Source: the human T2T-CHM13v2.0 reference genome, Homo sapiens. Taken from it: a DNA stretch of 64,000 nt. Shown piece by piece: positions 1 to 15,412 of the stretch (the first letter of the stretch is position 1; every line of letters begins with the position of its first letter). The stretch lies in the NCBI RefSeq assembly GCF_009914755.1, contig NC_060947.1. One strand, 5' to 3'. The position numbers were made by a program, and so were the translations under genes. The notes under the pieces are model-generated. The model ran no database searches. It was not told where the DNA came from and saw nothing but the letters and a program-made list of their open reading frames with translations.

Positions 1-311
1 ATACTTGCAAACTATTCATCTGACAAAGGTTTAATATCCAGAATCTATAAGGAACCTAAATGAACAAGCAAAAGACAAATAGGCCCATTAAAAAGTGGAC
101 AAAAGACATAAATAGACACTTTTCAAAAGAAGACATAGATGCAGCCAGCAAGCACTTGAAAAATGCTGAACATAACTAATCATTAGAGAAATGTAAATCA
201 AAACCACAAGGAGATGCCATCTCACATCAGTCAGAATGGCTACTATTGAAACATTAAGAAACAACAGATGCTGCCAAGATTTTGGAGAAAATGGAATGCT
301 TACACACTGTT
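1..311 (+). mobile_element. Old LINE-1 (L1PA13-16/L1PB-like) ORF2 3' region, left part; host of the young inverted L1
   Basis: Decayed ORF2 C-terminal sequence (atccagaatctataaggaac..., aaatcaaaaccacaaggagatgccatctcacatcagtcagaatggc); resumes in register at 5398 after the insertion. Confidence 0.85.
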
Positions 312-1543
<1,232 letters not shown>

Positions 1544-1747
1544 TCACCAATATCCGCTGTTCTGCAGCCTCCGTTGCTGATGCCAGGCAAACAGGGTCTG
1601 GAGTGGACCTCCAGCAAACTCCAACAGACCTGCAGCTGAGGGTCCTGACTGTTAGAAGGAAAACTAACAAACAGAAGGGACATCCTCACCAAAACCCTAT
1701 CTGCACGTCACCATCATCAAAGACCAAAGGTAGATAAAACCACAAAG

Positions 1748-2764
1748 ATGGGGAAAAAAGCAGAGCAGAAAAACTGGAAACTCTAAAGATCAGAGCACCT
1801 CTCCTCCTCCAAAGGAACGCAGCTCCTCACCAGCAACGGAACAAAGCTGCACAGAGAATGACTTTGACGAGTTGAGAGAAGAAGGCTTCAGACGATCAAA
1901 CTACTCTGAGCTAAAGGAGGAAGTTCGAACCCACGGCAAAGAAGTTTAAATCTTGAAAAAAAGTTAGCTGAATGGCTAACTAGAATAACCAATGCAGAGA
2001 AGTCCTTAAAGGACCTGATGGAGCTGAAAACCACGGCACGAGAACTACGTGACAAATGCACAAGCCTCAGTAGCCAATTCGATCAACTGGAAGAAAGGGT
2101 ATCAGTGATGGAAGATCAAATGAATGAAATGAAGTGAGAAGAGAAGTTTAGAGAAAAAAGAATAAAAAGAAACAAACAAAGCCTCCAAGAAATATGGGAC
2201 TATGTGAAAAGACCAAATCTACGTCTGATTGGTGTACCTGAAAGTGACGGGGAGAATGGAACCAAGTTGGAAAACACTCTGCGGGATATTATCCAGGAGA
2301 ACTTCCCCAATCTAGCAAGGTAGGCCAACATTCAAATTCAGGAAATACAGAGAACGCCACAAAGATACACCTTGAGAAGAGCAACTCCAAGACACATAAT
2401 TGTCAGATTCATCAAAGTTGAAATGAAGGAAAAAATGTTAAGGGCAGCCAGAGAGAAAGGTCGGGTTACCCACAAAGGGAAGCCCATCAGACTAACAGCG
2501 GATCTCTCGGCAGAAACTCTACAAGCCAGAAGAGAGTGGGGGCCAATATTCAACATCCTTAAAGAAAAGAATTTTCAACCCAGAATTTCATATCCAGCCA
2601 AACTAAATTTCATAAGTGAAGGAGAAATAAAATCCTTTACAGACAAGTAAATGCTGAGAGATTTTGCCACCACCAGGTCTGCCCTAAAAGAGCTCCTGAA
2701 GGAAGCACTAAACATGGAAAGGAACAACCGGTACCAGCCACTGCAAAAACATGCCAAATTGTAA
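1748..2764 (+). pseudogene. Disrupted L1 ORF1p (RNA-binding chaperone)
   Basis: ATGGGGAAAAAA start; ORF 2372..2650 RRATPRHIIVRF...ARREWGPIFNILKEKNFQPRISYPAKL; premature stops (e.g. TAA 2648-2650); canonical end gccaaattgtaa. Confidence 0.9.
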
Positions 2765-2827
2765 AGACCATCGAGGCTAGGAAGAAACTACATCAACTAA
2801 CGAGCAAAATAACCAGCTAACATCATA

Positions 2828-5397
<2,570 letters not shown>

Positions 5398-5400
<3 letters not shown>

Positions 5401-5580
5401 GCTTACACACTGTTAATGGACATGTAAATTAGTTCAGTCACTGTGGAAACAGTCTGGAGATTTCTCAAAGAACTTAAAACAAAATTACCATTTGACCCAA
5501 AAATCCCATTACTGGGTATATACCCAAAATAAAACAAATCATTCTACCAAAAGGACATGTGCGTTCATATGTTAATAGTG
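5398..5580 (+). mobile_element. Old LINE-1 host, right part
   Basis: Continues 1-311 (tgtaaattagttcagtcactgtggaaacagtctggagatttctcaaagaacttaaaac...cccattactgggtatatacccaaa). Confidence 0.85.
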
Positions 5581-6259
5581 AAGGAGGTGAAATAATACCA
5601 AAATATTTCTTCTCCTCACTCAAAATTACAGAGTTAAAAGGGATTTCAAAGATCATTTTTAACTATCTCACCTTAAAAAATAAATAATTTCTAGGTTTGT
5701 TAAGAAGCAAAGTGATAGCTCCAAGATTATCCAGGAAGCATCATAATCAGTCTTTGATTTAACATTCTCTCCACATCCAAATTCAAAACTAAACGTCTCT
5801 CCTTTTTCTTTTCAAAAATCCCAATGTATATCTCTAATTATCTATTATCTTTTACTGAATTTATTTAATATCTGGTTCATTTACTTGATTAAAAACTCCT
5901 TGAAAAGAGAGATCCTTTTTACTCACATTTGCATTCATAGACACATACATCTCACTCTGTACATTTCAACTAATGTTTATTAAATAGACAAAATTATTAA
6001 ATTCAAAAATAAGGGCTAGACATTGGTTTTATGACTATTATTCTTTTTACAATGTTATCCTGCCACTTCTATTCCTTTATTTTACCTACTAAAAATTAAA
6101 TTATATAACCTACGTAGAAATTGTTTTTCTACTGAAATAGTTCTGTCTGCTCCAGGTTCCTCAAGATGCTGTAAGAAATGCTAAAATAATACATGTAAAT
6201 TAAGAAAAACCTTTTGGCAAAGAATATATTGTTTTAAAATTCCAAGGTCAAGAGATTGA

Positions 6260-6508
6260 TATGATATATCCAAAACAGGAAAATATAAAGACAATTATTT
6301 GTGGTTTCCTGGGGCTTGAAGGAGAGGAGCTGGGGAGTGACTACTAATGGGTATGTGGTTTATTTTTGGAATGATGAAAATGTTCCCAAATCAGATTATG
6401 ATGATAGTCACACAACTCTTTATTCATTCTATAATCCACTGAATTGTACATTGTAAATAGGTGAACTTTATGGTATCTAAATTATATCTTAATAAAGCAG
6501 TTAAAAAA
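6260..6508 (+). mobile_element. L1MB-like 3' end fragment
   Basis: ggggagtgactactaatgggtat...gatgaaaatgttc...ccactgaattgtacattgtaaatagg...cttaataaagcagttaaaaaa resembles L1MB 3'UTR. Confidence 0.7.
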
Positions 6509-6694
6509 TGCTCTCCCCAAATGGAAAAAGAAAATGGTCCATAATAAAATTGGTTGATGAGAAAGTTTAAATGATTTGAACTCCTGTGATTTAAAATTCT
6601 GGATATACTTACTACTCTTTGTATAAGAAAGTTACAATATTAAAAGGATAGATATATTAAGAGTAAAAAATAATCGCTTGGAGGATAATCAGCC

Positions 6695-6850
6695 ATATCT
6701 GGGTTCCGATTAAAGCTCTACCACTTACCTGATGTGTAATCAAGTTACTTAACCACCTTGAACTACCGTTTCCTCGGAGGAAAATAATAGTACCTAATTC
6801 ACAGAGTTGTCATAAATATTAAATAAGACCTATTATATTCAGTGCTTAAA
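6695..6850 (+). mobile_element. MIR SINE relic
   Basis: ctgggttc...gctctaccacttac...caagttacttaacc...gtttcctc...ataatagtacctaattcacagagttgt MIR core. Confidence 0.7.
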
Positions 6851-7084
6851 ACCTCTTGTTATTCTTTCTCCACTTACTTTTATTTTATGCTATATCCAAC
6901 TCTAGATTTTGGGTCCTAAGTCTACCCACATAATCACTTATTTCTTCTTTTCTTCATATGGATAATTTGCACTTTACAAGTGCAGAATTTAATATCTCAT
7001 CTCGCAAACAGTCTCACCTTTGTTCCTCTTTGTTTTATATGAGAAAGCTTCACGTGTCTACCTTCATCCTGCTAAACTCTATGT

Positions 7085-7245
7085 GGATTAGGAACATAAA
7101 CTCTTAGGGCAAACTTATTGTATTTAAATTCCACTTCCAAAATTATTAACTATTTGAACTTTGGTAAGTGATTGGCCTCTCTTGCCTCAGTTTCTTCATC
7201 TGTAAAGCAAAGATAAAAATAACGTTGACCTTATAGGCTTTAATA
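7085..7245 (+). mobile_element. MIR SINE relic
   Basis: gcctcagtttcttcatctgtaaagcaaagataaaaata MIR core. Confidence 0.65.
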
Positions 7246-7255
7246 CTTACTGAGG

Positions 7256-8116
7256 TGTCTTAGTTCATTACGTGTTGCTATAACAGAAAACCTGAGGCTG
7301 AGTAATTTATTTTAGAAAAATAGGTTTATTTAGCTCACAATTCTTCAGGCTAGGAAGATCAAGGGATGGAAGATCTTCAGGCTAGGAAGATGCACTTGGC
7401 GTCTCATGAGGGCTTTTGTACTGCATTATAACATGCCAGAGAAAGTCAAAGGAGAAGCAGACACATGTACAGAGACAAAACATGAGGGGCATCCTGCTTT
7501 TATAAGAACCCACTGTTAAAAGAAAAACCTCAAACATATTGAATTTAACAGAGTTTCATTAAGCAAAGAACAATTTGTGAATGTGGAATTACCTCCTAAC
7601 CAGAATAGCTTGAGGAAGATTCCAAGATGCTGTACGGTCGGATAGGATTTTTGGACAGAAAAAGGAAAGTGATGTACAGAAAATAGAAGTGAAATACAGA
7701 AACAGCTGGATTGGTTACAGCCTGGCCTTTGCCTTATTTGTACACAGTTTGAACAGTTGGCTGCCTGTGGCTAGCTGCAACTCAGTAATTCGTACAGTAG
7801 GAGATTATAGTCTATTTACACATCCAATTAGTTTACAGTTCACTAAATACTGAGAAATGTTTCAGGACAAGCTTAAAATATGTAAGGAGACAGCTTTAGG
7901 CTAAATTTTAACACCCACTCTCAAGAGAATATTTTCAGTCTCTTGAGAATGAGAACTTATTCTCTACCACAAACCATGCCACGTAATTTATGAGAGATTC
8001 GTCCTCATAATCCAAACACCTCCCTTTAGTCCCCACTTTCCAATACAACAAAACTGGGGATCAAATTTCAACATGAGTTTTGTTGGGGACAAGCAAACTA
8101 TATCCAAGCCATAACA
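7256..8116 (-). mobile_element. MaLR solo LTR (MSTB/MSTC-like), interrupted by MER57
   Basis: Ends tgtcttagttc... and ...ccaagccataaca; 5-bp TSD tgagg at 7251-7255 and 8117-8121. Confidence 0.85.
7514..7913 (-). mobile_element. ERV1 solo LTR (MER57B-like) nested in the MST LTR
   Basis: Termini tgttaaaa/ttttaaca; minus strand begins tgttaaaatttagcctaaagctgtctccttacatattttaag; TSD cccac at 7509-7513 and 7914-7918. Confidence 0.8.
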
Positions 8117-8730
8117 TGAGGATAGTACCTGCTAAATAGAAAGTTCACAGTCAATATTGAATATCAAAAATGATTAATAAGTCTAATTATTCTCATAAAA
8201 ATCTTCAAATTGTGGATCCATAAAGACTCTGGCGTTGCTTGTATTTTCCAATAAATACTCTTATTCACTCTCTTAAACAAACTATTTTATTCTACACTTT
8301 ATCCCAACAGAACCCTAACCCTTTATAGGGACCCTATATAACTGTAACCCTTTTCCTTACTATGTTTATTTCTTTATCATGCCTTAGCCCAGCTGGACTT
8401 GCAAAAAATAATATATTCATAGTCTGTGTTCATTCAGCACCCAGTTATGAAGAATCAGAAGACTACCTGGGAGGTCAAAGATTTTTACTTGCTCTAGAGT
8501 AGCTCAAGAAGGCTACTTGGACACAAAGGTACAAAGTAGGCAAGGGAGATTCTCCAGAATACATCTAAGGTAAGTAATATAACCTCTAGAACATCTATGT
8601 ATTCTTGATTTTTTAAAAAACTGTTTTCATTTTTGTGGGATCGTAGTAGGTGATATATTTATGGGGTACATGAGATATTAGTATTTTGATACAGGCATGT
8701 AATGTGAAATAATCACATCATTGAGAATGA

Positions 8731-9131
<401 letters not shown>

Positions 9132-10966
9132 TATTTTAGTTATTTTAAAATGTACACATTATTATCAACTATCCTGTTGTGCTATCAAATAGTAGGTCTT
9201 ATTCATTCTTTCTAACTATTAACATTCCCTATTAACACTCCCTACCTGCTTCCCAAACCCCCACTACCCTTTCCAGCCTCTGGTAACAATTTTTCTACTG
9301 CACATGTCCATGAGTTCAATTGTTTTGATTTTTAGATCCCACAGATAAGTGAAAACATGTGATGTTTGTTTTTCTTAGCCTGGCTTATTTCACTTAACAT
9401 AATGACATCCAGTTCCATCCATATTGTTGCAAATGACAGAATCTCATTCTTTTTTTCATGGCCGAATAGTATGCCATTATGTATATTAGAACATTATCCA
9501 TTCATCTGTTGATGGTCACTGAAATTGCTTCCTTATCTTAGCTATGTGAACAGTGCTGCAACAAACATGGGAATGCAGATATTTCTCTGATATACTGATT
9601 TCTTTTCTTTTGAGTATATACCCAGTAATGGGATTGCTGGATCATATGGTAGCTCTATTTTTTGCTTTTCTGAGGAACCTCCAAACTGTTTTCTGCAGCG
9701 GTTGTACTAATTTACATTCCCACCAACAGTGTGTGAGGGTTCTCTTTTCTCCACATTCACACCAGCATTTGTTATTGCTTGTCTTTGGATAAAAGACAGT
9801 TTAACTGGGGTAAGAGAATATCTCATTGTACTTTTACTTTTCATTTCTCTGATGATCAATGACGTTGAGCACTTTTGCCATTTGTATGTCTTCTTTTAAG
9901 AAATGTCTATTTAAATGTTTTGCCCAGCTTTTTATTGAACTATTAGATACTTTCCTACAGAGTTGTTTGAACTACTTATGTCTTCTGGTTATTAATCCCT
10001 TGTCAGGTGGATAGTTTGCAAATATCTTCTTCCATGCTGTGGGTTATCTCTTCATTTTGTTGATAGTTTTCTTTGCTGTGCAGAAGCTTTTTAAATTGAT
10101 GTGATCCATTTTGTCTTTGGTTGCCACCTGTGGGGTATTGCTCAAGAAACTTTTGCCCAGACCAATGTCTTGAAGACGTTTCCCAAAGTTTTCTTGAAGT
10201 AATTTCATAGTTTATGTCTTAGATTTAAGTCTTTCATCCATTTTTATTTGATTTGTGTATGTGTCAAGAGATAGGGTCTATTTTCATTCTTCTGCATATG
10301 GATACCCAGTTTTCCCAGTACAATTTATTGAAGAGACTGTCTTTTCCTCGGTGTATGTTCTTGGCACCTTTGTGGAAATTGAGCTCACTGTAGGTATGTG
10401 GATTTTTTTCTGGGTTCTCTATTCTGTTCCATTAGTCTATGTGTCTGTTTTTATTTAAGCCAGTACCATACTGTTTGGGTTACTATAGCTCTGTATTATA
10501 ATTTGAAGTCAGGTACTGTGATTCCTCGAGCTTTGTTCTTTTGCTCAGGATAGTGCGGGCTATTCTGGGCCTTTTGTGGTTCTGTATAAAATTTAGGATA
10601 GTTTTTCCTATTTATGCAAAGAATTCACTGGTATTTTGACAGGGATTGCATTGAATCTGTAGATAGCTTTGGAGAATAAAGGCATTTTAACAATATTGAT
10701 TCTTCCAATCCATGAACATTGACTATTTTTCCATTTCTTGGTGTCCTTTTCAACTTCTTTCCTCAGTGTTTTATAATTTTCATTATCGAGATATTTCACC
10801 TGCTTGGTTAATTTTTAGGTATTTAGTTTTGTGTGTGGCTATTGTAAATGGAATTACTTTTTAAATTTCTTTTTCAGATTGTTCCCTGTTGACATTTAGA
10901 AATGCTACTGATTTTTTATGTTAATTTTGTATTCTCCAACATTTTTTTGCTTTTTAGTTTTAATTG

Positions 10967-10967
<1 letters not shown>

Positions 10968-11000
<33 letters not shown>
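10968..11000. repeat. (TG)n microsatellite
   Basis: About 16 perfect TG units. Confidence 0.95.
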
Positions 11001-11002
<2 letters not shown>

Positions 11003-11546
11003 TATTTAGTATTTTCCAAATGTAAAATCATATCATCTGCAAACAAGTATAATTTGACTTCTTCCTTTCCAATTCAGATATCCTTTATATCTTTCTCTTG
11101 TCTGATTGCTCTAACTAGGACTTCCATTTCTATGTTAAATAACAGCAGTGACAGTGGGCATCCTTGTTGTGTTCCAGATCTTAGAAAAAAGGCTTTCAGT
11201 TCTTTCTTGTTCAGTAGGATACCAGCTGTGAGTCTGTCATACTTGACTTTTATGTTGAGGTATATTCCTTCTACACTCAGTTTTTTGAGAGTTTTTATCA
11301 TAAGGGAAGTTAAAAGTTATCAAATGCTATTTGGGCATCAATTAAAATGACTATGATATTTTTCCTCATTCTGTTGATATGATGGATCACATTGACTGAT
11401 TTGCATGTGTTAAACCATCCTTGCATCACAGGGATAAATCCCACTTGGTCATGATGAATGATCTTTCTAATGTATTGTTGAACTTGGTTTTCTAGTATTT
11501 CATTGAGAATTTTTGCATGAATATTCATCAGAGATATTGGTCTGTA

Positions 11547-11592
11547 GTTTTTGTTTTGTTTTGTTTTGTTTTGTTTTGTTTTGTTTTGTTTG
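11547..11592. repeat. (TTTTG)n microsatellite
   Basis: About 8 tandem TTTTG units within the L1. Confidence 0.9.
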
Positions 11593-12963
11593 AGGTGTTT
11601 GTCTGGTTTTGGTATCAAGGTAATACTGGCCTCATAGAATGAGTTTGAAGGTGTTCCCTCCTCTTCTGTTTTCTGGAATAGTTTGAGTAAGAATGTTATT
11701 AGTTCTTCTTTAAATGTTTGATAGAATTCAGCAATGAAGCCATCAGGTCCCAGGCTTTTCTTTACTGGGAGGATTTTATTATGCCTTTGATCTTGTTATT
11801 TGTTATTGATCTGTTCAGGTTTTGGATTTCTTCATGGTTTAATCTTGGTAGATTGTATGTGTCTAAAAATTTATTCACTTCATCTAGCTTTCCCAATTTA
11901 TTGGCATATAGCTGCTCATAGTAGCCGCTAATGAATTTAAATTTCTGCAGTATCAGTTGTAATGTCTACTTTTTCATTTCTGCTTTTATTTATTTGTATC
12001 TTCTCTCTTTTTCTCTTAGATACTCTGGCTACACGTTTATCAATTTTGTTTAGCCTTCCAAAAATAAATATTCTTGATTTTTTACATACTGTAAATAAGT
12101 ATCTGTGTCATCTTTGCAGTTAACTTCCCATTAATAATTGAGAAACATTTAAAAATCTCTTTCTCTGCAAAAATAGAATATTTTAAGATTTTTATAAAGT
12201 AATATAGAAAGTTCTGTGCTGCACTCAAATCAAGACAATATTTTGTTTAAGTATTATGGTAATGATAGCTGTTCAGAGAAACTCAATGGCTAATTTTTTT
12301 GTTACTGGCAGTCATAGTAGTGCCCTGGGCAAAGTTATGAAAGGCTCATTAACATTATTAGCCATAATAAACCAGCGTTTTTATTATATTAAGTCAATTT
12401 TTTTTCACAGCATGTAAAATATTTTGAAACAGAATTGGCATATTATGTACTTTCTTTAATATCCATGGGTTTATATATATTAATAGATTAAGCAGCAAAT
12501 GAGTGTTCGCCTTTGGATAGTTTGAACATTGCATTAAGCTCCTTATAAGTTTCTCATTTTCTTTCTTTAGCCTTACTTGTTCCTGACTTTTAGTAGCCCG
12601 ATATGCATCACGTCATTTTTTCATTAGTGCTGCTACCATGAGCATTTATGATAATTCAGTGTATGTGCCATAGTTATTACTGTAAGCCTCTGAACTGAGA
12701 ATTAAACCTCATAAAGTCAGTTAACTGTGTAGAATATTTCAGTCTATCACTGTCAATTATTCTTAAAGACTATAGCCTCCCACCCAGTGCACTGAGTAAC
12801 TCAAGAAATAGGAAGATATTTTCATTTATATAATAAGGTTGACATGTGCCTTTACAATCCTCTTGAGCATGTCAATAAAAACATACCATACTTTCTATAG
12901 GCAATTGTTACCATGCCCTCTAATTGTTGATATCTGATAAAATCTTCTATCATATATTTGATA

Positions 12964-13341
12964 CACTTATGCACAACATAATGATATACAATAATATGCC
13001 AATATTTTGTTTAAGTATTATAGTAATGATAGCTGATATATGATAGTGGCCCCATCAGATTATAATACCATTTTTTATCATACTTTTTCTATGTTTAGAT
13101 ATATTTAGATATAGAAATGCTTGCCATTGTGTTACAGTTGCCTACAGGATTCAATACAGTAACATTGTATACAGGTTTGTAGTGTAAGAGCAATAGACTA
13201 TAACATGTAGCCTAGGTGTGTGGTAGGCTGTACCATCAAGATTTACGTAAGTACACTCTATGATGTTCACACAATGAAAAAAAAATTTTCCAATGATGCA
13301 TTTTTCAGAACGTATTCCTGTCATTAATCAACACATAACTG
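12964..13341 (+). mobile_element. Tigger3a/MER7-type non-autonomous Tc1/mariner DNA transposon
   Basis: TA-flanked ends cacttatgcacaacataatga / tcattaatcaacacataactg; internal gcctaggtgtgtggtaggctgtaccatc...gtacactctatgatgttcacacaatg. Confidence 0.85.
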
Positions 13342-14124
13342 TATTCAAATATATGATCAATAGCTATAAACCACGGATTCATATAGACCATTTGATAGTT
13401 ATAAAGCTTGAAGATACCAGATAATACTTCATTTTGTAAAATTCAGGAAAAATAAAAAGATTTGGCACATGACAGATACATATCTGTGGATGTAGGTTTT
13501 TTTTTGCTGTAGTTTTCATTTCTTCAATGTGTGTTATGTGAAATTTACAGGTTTATACAAATGTAATAAATATTTAGCTTTTTTTGTTCTTGAAATGTGT
13601 TAATATCATTTACATTTAAGCTATTTACTATCTATGTTTTAAAGATTTACCTATATATTATTTGCACATATTTCCATTCAAAAAGAAAAAACATATCATC
13701 AAAGAGACAAATAAATGAAATTTATGCTCCTAACTATCATTAAAAAAAAACATGTTAGGCAGTAAGAAATGACTGAGGATTTTTTATATACTCCAAGGGT
13801 GATTTGTTTCTATTGGTGGAGGTAATTATATTGCATTGTAACTTCAACATGCATTCTACATTAACTTTTGTAAATAGCAACAGCAAACAGTTGTTTCTAA
13901 ACTCATCTTCAAAAAAAAGGTTCAGTATTGGCAGAAAAGTATAGAACATACTATTTTAGATAAAAATATTAAGAGAATTCTGAGAGTGAAGTAGACTTAA
14001 AGTTGAAGACAAAAAGAAAATGCTTGTATGTATTAAAATAAACGAAATGACATATTGTGGCCAATACTATGCCCCACAGGTTTTATGGATGTTAAATAAT
14101 TTAATATATATAAAGACATACTAG

Positions 14125-14276
14125 TATCATTATTTCAGAAGTGAGCAATCTCAGACTCTGAGACTGCAAGTAACTTGCCCATGATTATGTTGCTAGTAAA
14201 TGATATAAAGATGCTCAAATGCAGATAGATTTGTTCTTGATACTTGCTCTTATCCACAACAATATACTGCCTCCCA
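14125..14276 (-). mobile_element. MIR relic
   Basis: aagtaacttgcccatgattatgttgctagtaaatga...cacaacaatatactgcctccc. Confidence 0.65.
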
Positions 14277-15065
14277 GAAGGAGGAATACATTCATTTGTA
14301 AAAGAAAGTGAAGCAACTGAAGGAACAAATCGTGTTTGCAAAGTGTACTACCTCTAGTTATAATGACCAACATATGAGCTTGCTTCCTAAGGCCAACCGA
14401 CCTAAAGTAACAACTAATTAACAGGAACTGGTTTCCACTCTGGGAGTCAATTATGTGAAAAGTTGCATTTAAAAAAATAATAATTAATGTAATTTTATTT
14501 AACTCTTTTTGAAAAATACTTCTTTATTTTCCAAAGTATACTTTAAATTTTTATTCAAATTCATGTAAAGCACTGACAAAGTGGTCAAAAACATTCCATG
14601 AATAAATTTAGGGGAATTACTTTATTAAAAAAACCTCAAAGACACTTTCTGTGTGTGTGTGTGGATATACTAGGTGAAGTGTTTATCCTTTGGGACACTG
14701 AACAAACCTCAACTTTTTAATACATGTTTTTCTGACCCTCTTAGAAAGTATTTGTCAATCTTTCCTTTTTTCTGAACCAATTTTCTCATACCTTCCATGG
14801 CAATTCACACATTGCAATGAAATTATATTTTCATGCTTACTTCATGGTAAGTAAACTGCATCGAACACAGGTAGAATTGGGTGTTTATTCCATCTCTGTA
14901 GTCCCACCACTAAATAAGAGGCTGAATACATGTGTAATAGTGTAATAAAAAGCACATGTGCTTAATTATATTTTAAAGTAGAGGTGGAAAATACTTTTTG
15001 AATTCAGAGTAAGATTTCAAATGTGATGTTTGAATCTGAACAAAATATTAGGTTTTTAAAAATAT

Positions 15066-15412
<347 letters not shown>

